37,786 nucleotides of DNA, taken from contig JBJTIE010000183.1 in assembly GCA_046094845.1 (NCBI GenBank), forward strand, positions 1 through 37,786. Reading direction: 5' to 3'. Both the position numbers and the translations under genes were made by a program. The first letter of the stretch is position 1, and the number at the start of each line of letters is the position of its first letter. Under the pieces are notes generated by a model. It saw only the letters and a program-made list of their open reading frames with translations. It did no database searches and had not been told where the DNA came from. Source of the stretch: Planctomycetaceae bacterium. GTDB lineage: Bacteria; Planctomycetota; Planctomycetia; Pirellulales; UBA1268. Shown one piece after another: positions 28,567-37,338 of this stretch.

Positions 28567-29985
28567 GATGAGCTTGTCCACCAGCACGGGCATCGCGACC
28601 ACCTTGCGGAGAGCGTCAGTGCGAGCGCGGGGGATGAAATCGTGATGGCCCGAGTCGACGAGGAGAATCGCGGGCACGGGGGCGAGCAAGGAATCCTCGG
28701 AGAGTCGGTTGAAGGCCTCGAGGGCATTCTCGGCCAGTGAGAGCGTGCTGATGATGAGGCAGCTGGCAGGCAGCGGCGCGGTCGAAAACCGGGCCAGCGC
28801 CCGCTGCGGGCTTTCCGTCAGCAGCACCCGGTAGCCCATCGAGGTGAAGAACTCGCGGATCTTGTGCTGGGCCGACTCCTCGGCTTCCACGACCATCAGA
28901 CTCGTGCGAGAGTCGGTCGTCGCCCTGCCCCCCGGCATCGCCGTGGACGCCGGTTCCGCCGCCGCATGCTCGGCGATGATCGGTTCCAGGGCAGCGGCGG
29001 CCTCGCCCACGGTCTGGAAGCGTTGCTGCGGATGGATCTGCATCATCCGGCCCACGTAGTCGGCGACGTCACGGGGGAGGTGGGGAGCCCGGACGCGGAG
29101 CGGCTGCACCGAGATGAACCGCCGTGGATCGGCTCGCACCTGCCGGTCGCGGGTGTCTTCCAAGGCGCTCTGTCCGCACAGCGCGAGGTAGGCCACCGTC
29201 CCGAGAAAATAGATGTCGCTCCGCACGTCGTCGTCGCGCACGCCGCCGAGCTTCTCCAGCGCGGCGTAGTCCACCGTGCGCAGGTGGCGGGAATGTGCGT
29301 GGTCGCGGTGCCGTTCGCCCGGCTCGTCGATTCCAGCCAGGCCGAAGTCGGCGATCTTGGCCACGCCGGTCGCCGACACCAGCACGTTCGACGCCCGCAA
29401 GTCGCGGTGGGTCACGCCGCGACGGTGGGCGTAGTCGAGGCCCGACAGCATCTGGCGGGTGAGGTCGAGGGCCCGCGGCAGGTCGATCGCTCCGCGGATC
29501 TTCACGAGCTGCCGCAGCGTCTGTCCTTCGACGAACTCCAGCGTGAGGTAGGTCGAGCCCCAGTCCTGCCCCACGTCTTCGACGGCCACGATGTGCGGAT
29601 GCCGGAGCGTGCGGCCCATCTCGCCTTCGCGTTGGAAGGCCGCCTGCTTGGCGGGGTTGTCGCTGAACCGCTTGCGGAGCACCTTCACGGCGAGCATGCC
29701 GCCGGTGTCGCGATGCGCCGCCCGATAGACGCGGGCGAAGGCCCCGGCGCCGACCTGATACAGGACCTTCGCACGGCCGTAGAAGTAGCCCTTCGTCTCG
29801 CCGCGGAGGAGCCGCTCCAGCTGGTAGCCCGTGAGCAGTTCGCGGCGCACGAGTGCCTGACCGAAGGCGGCGATGTCGGTGGACTCGCCGCCTCCCGTGC
29901 GGAACGCCTCCTCGGCGGCGGCCTCGGACACCAGGTCGAGTTTCACCGCCATGCGGAGCAGATTGTCGGCGGTTTCGGGCTTCAC
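28531..29985 (-). CDS. Ser/Thr protein kinase with a C-terminal receiver-like domain
   Basis: GAGAFARVY, AVKVL, HRDLRASN, DFG and DIYFLG motifs; the C-terminus LMVVE...GYRV..TESP..AL is receiver-like. GTG start at 29985 after GGAGGGGAG. Confidence 0.87.
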   Translation of the reverse strand: MKPETADNLLRMAVKLDLVSEAAAEEAFRTGGGESTDIAAFGQALVRRELLTGYQLERLLRGETKGYFYGRAKVLYQVGAGAFARVYRAAHRDTGGMLAVKVLRKRFSDNPAKQAAFQREGEMGRTLRHPHIVAVEDVGQDWGSTYLTLEFVEGQTLRQLVKIRGAIDLPRALDLTRQMLSGLDYAHRRGVTHRDLRASNVLVSATGVAKIADFGLAGIDEPGERHRDHAHSRHLRTVDYAALEKLGGVRDDDVRSDIYFLGTVAYLALCGQSALEDTRDRQVRADPRRFISVQPLRVRAPHLPRDVADYVGRMMQIHPQQRFQTVGEAAAALEPIIAEHAAAEPASTAMPGGRATTDSRTSLMVVEAEESAQHKIREFFTSMGYRVLLTESPQRALARFSTAPLPASCLIISTLSLAENALEAFNRLSEDSLLAPVPAILLVDSGHHDFIPRARTDALRKVVAMPVLVDKLISIIRSLTTLPG

Positions 29986-30157
29986 TGTCGGGTCGCTCCC
30001 CTCCGGAACCGCGGGCCGCGGCATGTGTCTTATCGCGAGGTTTCGCGGCGGCCGCAAGCCCCTTGGCTACCCGTCTTGCCGGAAACGCCTCGCCGTCGCA
30101 GATGCTCTGGAGTCGGCGGTCCGCCGGCTGCTACAAGCCCCGGTTCGTCAGACCCCC

Positions 30158-30300
30158 GTAGTCCGCACGCTCCGCGTGCGGCCCCCGGTCAGAACGCCAG
30201 GGGGCCGTGCTACTGCCTCGTGGATTCGCGAACCTCTTCACTGCAGCCATTCGGCCTCTGGCCTTCATGCCCACACCCGCACGCGGAGCGTGCGGACTAC
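30158..30300. repeat. REPIN-like doublet, family A (143 bp)
   Basis: GTAGT-CCGCACGC-TCC-GCGTGCGG (30158-30181) and its exact inverted copy (30277-30300), between divergent genes. Confidence 0.9.
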
Positions 30301-30360
30301 GAACGAGCGGCCACAGTCTCTCTGCCAGTCGATCGTGGCATGCAAGGTAGGCGGAGGTGT

Positions 30361-33300
30361 ATGCCGTTCGCCGCTCTCCTCCTCGGGCTCGTGACCGCGG
30401 GCGGCCTCTCGGCTGCCCAGATCGACGAGGGGTTCGAGGGGCCGGAGCCGGCGTGGGCTCTCGCCGAATCCGATGCCGCGGCGAAGCTCGCGGCGCACGA
30501 GCGGATCGCCGCCGCGCCGCATCGCGGCGAGCGGTGCGAGCGGTTGCGGTTCTCCGCCGGCACGGGCACGACGCTCCGCCTGCAGATGCCGATCGGCCGG
30601 CTCGCGGTGATCGACGAACTCGCATGCAGCCTGTGGGTGCGGGCGAGTCGGCCCGATGTCCGCCTGTCCGTGCGGGTGCTCCTGCCCGGTTCCGTGTCGC
30701 GGAAGACGGGGCGGCCCGTCGAGACACTCGTGCCCGGCACGCTCTCCACCGACATCGACCGCTGGGAGCTGCTCGAAGTGAAGTCGCTGCCACCGCGGCT
30801 CGCCAGCCAGTTGCCCGCGCTGCGGATGGAGCATGGCGCGGCCGTCGAGGCCACGGGTGCGGTCGCCACGCACGTGGTGCTCGACGTCTACACCGGCCCG
30901 GGCGGCTACGACGTGTCGATCGACGACCTGCTCGTCGAAGGCGCGGTGCCGGCTGCGGCCATGGCTCCGGCGCGACCTACGGCGCCGTCTCCCGCGGTCA
31001 TTTCCGACCCGGCTGTGCAGCCGGCTGGCGCGCAGCAGATCGCTGGCGTGGTCTCGTCGGCGGCCGTGGTCGATCCGCCGGCCGGCGTCACCCGCGGCGT
31101 GATCGAGGTCGATGGACTGCCCTTCTTTCCGCGGGCGCTCGATCACAATGGCGAGCCGCTCGACTCGATCGCGGCGCTCGGATTCAACTGCGTGCGGCTC
31201 GCGACCCCGGCCGGGAGCGACCTGCTCGCCGAGGCCCGCCGGGCAGGGCTGTGGGTGATCTGCCCGCCGCCGGAGATTCCCGACGTCGATGTCCGCGACC
31301 TCGAATCGATGCCGGTGTTGCGGAACTGGGATCGCGTGCTGATGTGGGACATGGGCAGCGGCCTCGCTGCGGGCGATCTCGAATCGCTCGCCGAGCGGGC
31401 GCGGCGGGTGCGGGCCTGCGACGTCCGCGAGGGGCGGCCGCTGATCGCCGCGCCGGATTCGAGCGTGCGGTCACTGTCGCGGCACGTCGACCTGCTCGTC
31501 GCCCGTCGCACGGTGCTCGGCACGAGCCTCGAACTCATCGACTACCTGCGCTGGCTCCGCGAGCGGCCGCGGCTGGCGCGGCCCGGCACGCCCCTGCTCG
31601 CCGAACTCGCCACGGAGATCGATCCGCGGGCGGCCCGGCAGGCCGCGGCGATCGCCGGCGTGGGCGGCCAGGGGCTCGCGGTCGATCCCGAGAGCCTGTC
31701 GCTGGCGGCGCTCTCCGCGGTGGCTGCCGGGGCGCGGGGCATCCTCTTCACGTCGAGCGGGCGGATCGACGGCGACGACGCCGAGGCGCGGAAGCGGGCG
31801 GCGGCGGCCCGCGAGATGAATCTGCGACTGAAGGTGCTCGAGCCCTTCGGTGCGGCGGGACGGTTCGCGGCCCAGGCCCACTCGTCGGATCCGGAGGTGC
31901 AGGCGGTGGTGATGGAGGCGGCCCGGGCGCGGGTGGTGGTGGCCTGGCGGTGCGTGCAGGGGGCGCAGATCGTGGCCCGACGCTACGGCGGCGGCGACAT
32001 GCCCCGCGACGACGTGCCGCTCACGCTGCTCGTGCCGGGCGTGCCCGAGGCGCATCAGGCCTGGGAGATCGCAGCCGGTGGGCTGAAGCCGCTGCGGCAG
32101 AAGCGGGTGACCGGCGGCGTGGCCGTGACACTCGATCACTTTCTCACGCATTCGCTGGTGCTCGTCAGCGGCGAGCCGGCGGTGACGGCCCACGTGCAGG
32201 AGCGGCTGCGGGAGCTGGCGCCGGTGGAGCTCGTGTCGGCACGGTCGCTGGCGGCGGTGGCGCTCGCCGATGCAGCCACGCTCCTGGGCAAGCTGCCCCC
32301 CCAGGCCTTCAGCGGTCCGCCACCGGTGGCCGCAGGGCCGATGCTCTCGACGGCCAACCAGCTGGCGACGGATGGGGAGGCGTATGTCGGCCGCGACGCG
32401 GGCGAGGCGATCGCGCGACTGCGGAAGGCGGCGGCGATCGCGGGGCAGTTCGAGCGGCGGATTTGGGAGAACGGCGTGCATGCCGACGGCTCGATGGTGG
32501 CCAGCCCGTTGGTGTCGTCCGATGCGGCGCTCGCGGAACACTGGCGGTTCGTGGAGGCCCGTGCGACGGCGCTCCCCGGTGCGGAGATGCTCCGTGGCGG
32601 CGGCATGGACGCGATCGAGGATCTTGCCGGCAACGGCTGGCGACACTTCGCCCAGCCGCTCTCCGACATCGTGACGGCCGTGGAGATTTCGAAGGCAAAG
32701 CCGGCGGCCGGAGCAGGCAGCCTGCGGCTCGTGGCCGGGCCGAAGGATCCGAAGGCGTCGCCCGTGGTGGTGGAAACGCCGCCGGTGTGGGTGACCACGC
32801 CGCCGATCGCGGCGCCGCCGGGACGGCTGGTTGAGATCTCGGCGCAGGTGCGTGTCGACAATCCGATCGTTGGGAGTGTCGATGGGCTGTTGGTGTTCGA
32901 CTCGGTCGGCGGGCCGGCGCTCGCGGAGCGGGTGGGGCCCACGAAGACCTGGCGACGGCTCGTGCTCTATCGGATCGTGCCCCCCGACGCGGCCGACGAG
33001 CCGCTGACGGTGACGTTCGCACTCACGGGCCTGGGCGCGGCGGAGATCGACGAGGTGTCGATCAAGCCGCTGGAGCGGGCGGGTGCGGGCATCGTGGCGG
33101 TGCCCCCGGCTGATGCACCGGCGGAGAGGGGGGCGTTTCCGTCGCCGCAGCAGCTGCTCGTGAGTGCACCGGTGCCGCCGGCGGTGAAGCCCGCTGCGGT
33201 TCCGGAGCCAAGTTCGGCGGCCGCACCGGCTGCGGCCGCCCCGCGCTGGCCGGGCATGACGCTCGACTGGCCGCAGCTGCCCTTCGGGCAATCGTCGAAT

Positions 33301-33375
33301 GCGCCGCCGCCGGGGCCGGGCGGCGGCACGATCGACCCATTCAAGCGGGCCCGCTCGGCCACGTCTGCGCCGTAG
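30361..33375 (+). CDS. Large secreted hypothetical protein (possible carbohydrate-binding-like domains around a GH-like barrel)
   Basis: Signal peptide MPFAALLLGLVTAGGLSA, then EGFEG..W and SIDDL (beta-sandwich-like), VDGLPFFPR / LGFNCVR (GH-barrel-like), and a C-terminal GSLRL...IDEVSI segment. The upstream part of the 1503-aa ORF is antisense shadow of the kinase. Confidence 0.75.
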   Translation: MPFAALLLGLVTAGGLSAAQIDEGFEGPEPAWALAESDAAAKLAAHERIAAAPHRGERCERLRFSAGTGTTLRLQMPIGRLAVIDELACSLWVRASRPDVRLSVRVLLPGSVSRKTGRPVETLVPGTLSTDIDRWELLEVKSLPPRLASQLPALRMEHGAAVEATGAVATHVVLDVYTGPGGYDVSIDDLLVEGAVPAAAMAPARPTAPSPAVISDPAVQPAGAQQIAGVVSSAAVVDPPAGVTRGVIEVDGLPFFPRALDHNGEPLDSIAALGFNCVRLATPAGSDLLAEARRAGLWVICPPPEIPDVDVRDLESMPVLRNWDRVLMWDMGSGLAAGDLESLAERARRVRACDVREGRPLIAAPDSSVRSLSRHVDLLVARRTVLGTSLELIDYLRWLRERPRLARPGTPLLAELATEIDPRAARQAAAIAGVGGQGLAVDPESLSLAALSAVAAGARGILFTSSGRIDGDDAEARKRAAAAREMNLRLKVLEPFGAAGRFAAQAHSSDPEVQAVVMEAARARVVVAWRCVQGAQIVARRYGGGDMPRDDVPLTLLVPGVPEAHQAWEIAAGGLKPLRQKRVTGGVAVTLDHFLTHSLVLVSGEPAVTAHVQERLRELAPVELVSARSLAAVALADAATLLGKLPPQAFSGPPPVAAGPMLSTANQLATDGEAYVGRDAGEAIARLRKAAAIAGQFERRIWENGVHADGSMVASPLVSSDAALAEHWRFVEARATALPGAEMLRGGGMDAIEDLAGNGWRHFAQPLSDIVTAVEISKAKPAAGAGSLRLVAGPKDPKASPVVVETPPVWVTTPPIAAPPGRLVEISAQVRVDNPIVGSVDGLLVFDSVGGPALAERVGPTKTWRRLVLYRIVPPDAADEPLTVTFALTGLGAAEIDEVSIKPLERAGAGIVAVPPADAPAERGAFPSPQQLLVSAPVPPAVKPAAVPEPSSAAAPAAAAPRWPGMTLDWPQLPFGQSSNAPPPGPGGGTIDPFKRARSATSAP

Positions 33376-33742
33376 TCCACATGCTCCGCGCCGTAGTCCA
33401 CATGCTCCGCATGTGGCAGACGGTGTGAAAGCCGCAGGCCCGAGCTACTGGCGTCTGGGTTCGCGTACGTCTTGCGGAATAGCCAGCGACTCGGCCTTCG
33501 TGCCGTGGGCCGCACACGGAGTGTGCGGACTACGGCGCTTCGCAAGCGGCCACGTCTGCGCCGTAGTCCACATGCTCCGCATGTGGCAGACGGTGTGAAA
33601 GCCACAGGCCCGAGCTACTGGCGTCTGGGTTCGCGTACGTCTTGCGGAATAGCCGGCGACTCGGCCTTCATGCCGTGGGCCGCACACGGAGTGTGCGGAC
33701 TACGGCGCTTCGCGTGAGCGACGCGTGTCGTGCGCGGACTAC
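33356..33742. repeat. Tandem array of family A REP doublets (two 141-bp units, 170-bp period) plus partial copies
   Basis: Units 33393-33533 and 33563-33703 are nearly identical. There is a 21-bp slippage duplication at 33369-33410 and a degenerate REP end (cggactac) finishing at 33742. Confidence 0.92.
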
Positions 33743-34701
33743 GGCGTGCCGCGGACGACCGGTCGCAGGGCGAAGAACGTGTCGTGGATCGCCTCACTCG
33801 TGCGGTTGAGTCGCGTCTGAAAGCCGTCGATGAAGCCGTGCAGGCCGCCGGCCCCCGTGAGCACCTCGTCAATCGCACCGTAGTCGAGCTTCGACCGCAG
33901 CCGGCCCAGCCGCTGCTCGGCCGGATTCGTGTAGGCCCCCTTCGCTCCCCCCGTCACCGCCAGGAGCGACTCCTCCGCCTTCGTGAGGCAGAAGAGGATC
34001 GCCCGCGGAAACTGCCGGTCGAACACCAGAAACTCCGCCACGTCGCGCCGCGTCACCACGCCATACTTCTTGCGATACATCTCGAGCGCACTCGCGCTCT
34101 CGAGCACCGCCGACCACTGCACGGGATCCGCCGCGTCGCCCGCCGCGGTTGGGTGAAAATAGTGTTCCACGTCCAACACCAGGCTCGTCTTGTCGGCCCG
34201 CTCGATGAGCCTGCCCATGCGGGCGAAGTGCCAGGCCTCGCCGTGCGACATCGTGGCGTCGGTCACGCCCGTGATCAGCTGGCTGGCCCGCTTCACCTCG
34301 TCGAGAAACTCCCGCGGGTTGTGGAGGTGGGCCCGGCCCGAGGCCGCCGACCGCACGAACAGGTGCGCCTTGTTGATCTCCTCCCACATCGGCGTCGAGA
34401 TCAGATCGCGGATCGTGCGGGCGTTCTCGCGGGCCGCTTGCAGGCAGGCCGAGATCGAGTTGGGGTTGAGCGTGTCGAATGCCAGGAACGTGATCACGTT
34501 GTCCTGGTCGGCGAGGCCGTGCCGCCCCCAGAAGTCGGCCTCGTCGCCGAACGTGCAGACGAGGGCGTTCCAGAGCCGGCCGTGGTCGATCGTGCCCTCG
34601 AGCGCGAGGTCGAGCGTGGTCTCCGCCGCGCGGGCCACGTCCTCGGCCCGCTCGATCTGCCGGTTCATCCAGTAGATGCTTTCGGCCACCCGCGAGAGCA
34701 T
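33739..34701 (-). CDS. Alpha-E domain protein (DUF403)
   Basis: MLSRVAESIYWM.R.IERAE..AR, ARENAR.IR, ERADKT and FPRAI motifs; sits next to the ATP-grasp gene. Confidence 0.92.
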   Translation of the reverse strand: MLSRVAESIYWMNRQIERAEDVARAAETTLDLALEGTIDHGRLWNALVCTFGDEADFWGRHGLADQDNVITFLAFDTLNPNSISACLQAARENARTIRDLISTPMWEEINKAHLFVRSAASGRAHLHNPREFLDEVKRASQLITGVTDATMSHGEAWHFARMGRLIERADKTSLVLDVEHYFHPTAAGDAADPVQWSAVLESASALEMYRKKYGVVTRRDVAEFLVFDRQFPRAILFCLTKAEESLLAVTGGAKGAYTNPAEQRLGRLRSKLDYGAIDEVLTGAGGLHGFIDGFQTRLNRTSEAIHDTFFALRPVVRGTP

Positions 34702-34702
34702 G

Positions 34703-36145
34703 TCACGACCTCCCCGGGTGCACGACCCACGTATCTTTGCTGCCGCCCCCCTGCGACGAGTTCACCACGAGCGAGCCCTTCACGAGGGCCACGCGGGTGA
34801 GGCCCCCGGGCAGCACGAAGATCTCCTCGCCGTAGAGGATGAAGGGCCGCAGATCGACGTGGCGGCCCTCCAGCGAGTCGCCCACCACCGTGGGCACCCG
34901 CGAGAGCGAGAGCATCGGCTGGGCGATGTAGTTGCGGGGATTCGCCTTGATCTGTGCCCGCACCTCGTCGAGTTGCGCCTTCGACGCCCGCGGCCCGAGT
35001 ACGATGCCGTAGCCGCCGGATGCATCGGCCGGCTTGAGCACGAACTCCTCGAGCTTCGAGAGCACGTGCTGGCACTGCTTCTCCTCGCCGCAGACGAACG
35101 TGGGCACGTTGGGGATGATCGCATCTTCGCCGAGGTAGTAGCGGATCATCTGCGGCACATAGGCATAGACGGCCTTGTCGTCGGCGATGCCCGTGCCCGG
35201 AGCGTTGACGAGCGCCACGTTGCCCGCGCGGTAGGCCGCCATCAGGCCGGGCACGCCCACGACGGAATCCTCACGGAAGGCGAGCGGATCGAGGAAGTCG
35301 TCGTCGATCCGGCGGTAGATCACGTCCACCCGTTCGAGGCCGCGGGTCGTCCGCATGAAGACGACGTCGTTTTCCACGACGAGGTCCGACCCCTGCACGA
35401 GCTCCACGCCCATCTGCCGGGCGAGGAAGCTGTGCTCGAAGTAGGCCGAGTTGTAGATGCCGGGCGTGAGCACCACGACGTTCGGATCCCTTGCCTGCGG
35501 CGGGGCGATGTATTGCAGCATCGCCAGCAGCTTTTCGGGGTAATTCTCGACGGGGCTGATTCTCTGGCCGGCAAAGAGCTGCGGAAACGTCCGCTTCATC
35601 ACCTCGCGGTTTTCGAGCACGTACGACACGCCCGACGGCGTGCGGAGGTTGTCCTCCAGCACGTACATCACGCCGTCGCCGCCGCGGACGAGATCGGTGC
35701 CGGTGATGTGGCACCACACGCCGCGGGGGGGCTTTAGGCCGGCGCACGGGCCGCGGAAGCACTTGCCCGAATCGACGAGCCAGTCGGGCACGACGCCGTC
35801 GGCCACGATCTGCCGCTTGTTGTAGACGTCGTCGATGAACAGGTTGAGGGCCTGGATCCGCTGCTTGAGGCCGCGTTCGATCACGGCCCATTCGGCGGCG
35901 TCGATCACGCGGGGCACGATGTCGAAGGGCCAGATCTTCTCGGTGCCGGCCTCGTGGCCATACACGTTGAACGTGATGCCCATCGTGAGCAGGGCCTTGT
36001 CGGCGGCCCGTTGCCGCTCGGCGAGTTCACCGTTGGAGAAGCCGGCCAGCCGCTTGGCGAGCAGTTCTGCCCCGGGGCGGGGCAGAAGGTTCGCGTCGAA
36101 GAGCTCGTCGTGGAACCCGTCAGTCTGGTACGCCTGCAGATCCAT
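34703..36145 (-). CDS. Circularly permuted type 2 ATP-grasp protein (DUF404/407)
   Basis: [58 protein letters not shown] and [14 protein letters not shown] motifs. Confidence 0.95.
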   Translation of the reverse strand: MDLQAYQTDGFHDELFDANLLPRPGAELLAKRLAGFSNGELAERQRAADKALLTMGITFNVYGHEAGTEKIWPFDIVPRVIDAAEWAVIERGLKQRIQALNLFIDDVYNKRQIVADGVVPDWLVDSGKCFRGPCAGLKPPRGVWCHITGTDLVRGGDGVMYVLEDNLRTPSGVSYVLENREVMKRTFPQLFAGQRISPVENYPEKLLAMLQYIAPPQARDPNVVVLTPGIYNSAYFEHSFLARQMGVELVQGSDLVVENDVVFMRTTRGLERVDVIYRRIDDDFLDPLAFREDSVVGVPGLMAAYRAGNVALVNAPGTGIADDKAVYAYVPQMIRYYLGEDAIIPNVPTFVCGEEKQCQHVLSKLEEFVLKPADASGGYGIVLGPRASKAQLDEVRAQIKANPRNYIAQPMLSLSRVPTVVGDSLEGRHVDLRPFILYGEEIFVLPGGLTRVALVKGSLVVNSSQGGGSKDTWVVHPGRS

Positions 36146-36251
36146 GGCGAAAGCGGCCGCTCACAGGAGGACCCGCGGCACCGGCCGCCTCTGCACGACA
36201 CGCGGGAACGGGCAGCGTACCGCATCGACGGCGGCGATGAAATCCCCTGCG

Positions 36252-36380
36252 GGGCAGTAGCTCGGGCCTGTGGTGTTTTGACCGTGGGCCACATGCGGAG
36301 CATGTGGACTACGGCGCCGTAGTCCGCACGCTCCGTGTGCGGTTGGAGATGGCAGGCCGAACGACCGGCTATTCCGCAGG
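36252..36380. repeat. RAYT downstream flank: back-to-back family A REP pair with REPIN-arm sequences
   Basis: REPs at 36289-36312 (minus) and 36319-36342 (plus); 36252-36320 is identical to 37171-37239. Confidence 0.9.
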
Positions 36381-37064
36381 AGGCGTGCGGGCCTGCTCGC
36401 TCCCCACGATCGGCTCCGGCCGCAAGTACACCACGTACTCGTCGTCACGGAGCCCGGCCTTGCGTGGGTTGTCGGCGATGTACAGCCGCCATGCCTCCAG
36501 GCCGCGCAGGTTTCGCAGCACGCGGTCATAGCTTTCCGCCTGCCAGAAGCGGCCTCGCAGGCCGAGATCGCGGTGAATTCGAGTCGCCGCATACCGCTTC
36601 CACGAACTGCACTGCTGCCGCATCGTGCCTGCAGCCGCAAACCCGGCCAGCACGTGCACGTGGTTGGGCATCACGACGAACGCATCCAGATCGTACTGCG
36701 TGCCGTCGCCGTAGCGCAGCGCATCGACGACGTGCTGCCGCAGCGATGGCGTTCGCAGCACGCATGCCCCGTGGCAGGCATCCAGCGAGTCGTGCCACGC
36801 TCGGGCGCACTGGCGAGTGAACTCGGTGCGGTCCTGCGGGCTCAGCCGGGCGAGGGAGTCGGCGTCGCGGGTGTCGCTGGTCGCGATTCCGTGCTCGCGC
36901 AGCCATGTGGCCCGCCGCGCCGACAATTCGAGGCAGGTCTGCCGTGGGAGTGAGTCTGCCGTGCGGAATGTGATGAAGTAGCAGGCGTGCGGCTGCTCCC
37001 AGTGGGGCAGCCTGCCGCGGGAGACGGTCGTGGGAACCTCGGGCGTGAAGAAGTGATAGTCCAT
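36369..37064 (-). mobile_element. rayT: REP-associated tyrosine transposase (RAYT; HUH Y1 superfamily related to IS200/IS605 TnpA)
   Basis: LPHW..., YFITFR, VVMPNHVHVL (HUH), WK, FWQ.ESYDR and YIADNP (catalytic Tyr) motifs; flanked on both sides by GTAG-REPs. Confidence 0.9.
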
Positions 37065-37170
37065 GACTCGCTCTCAGTGGACGCGCGGCCTCTGAGTAAG
37101 AAAACGAGAGCGGAGGCACCCAGGGGCAAAATTCCGAGAAAAATTTCCGTGGGGGGTGGGCGGAGCCGGA

Positions 37171-37313
37171 GGGCAGTAGCTCGGGCCTGTGGTGTTTTGA
37201 CCGTGGGCCACATGCGGAGCATGTGGACTACGGCGCCGTGGTCGCACACTTCCCCGTAGTCCGCACACTCCGTGTGCGGGAGCGGGCATGAACGCCGAGT
37301 GACCGGCTATTCG
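37171..37313. repeat. RAYT upstream flank: back-to-back family A REP pair with REPIN-arm sequences
   Basis: REPs at 37208-37231 (minus) and 37256-37279 (plus), followed by gaccggctattc as in the other flank. Confidence 0.9.
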
Positions 37314-37338
37314 TCAGCGGCTGGGCTTCGCAACGGGC

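Noticed and set aside
28864-30360. N-terminal 499 aa of the 1503-aa ORF
   Set aside because: It is antisense shadow of the kinase plus a REP doublet. A signal peptide with a GGAGG RBS starts at 30361.
33369-33742. CRISPR array
   Set aside because: The repeats alternate in orientation, the intervening sequences are near-identical and about 93 bp long, and there are no cas genes. The GTAG hairpins fit REP doublets.
36369-37064. Classical IS200/IS605 element with tnpB
   Set aside because: There is no tnpB, the protein is longer than TnpA and has RAYT-type motifs, and the flanks are multicopy REPs.
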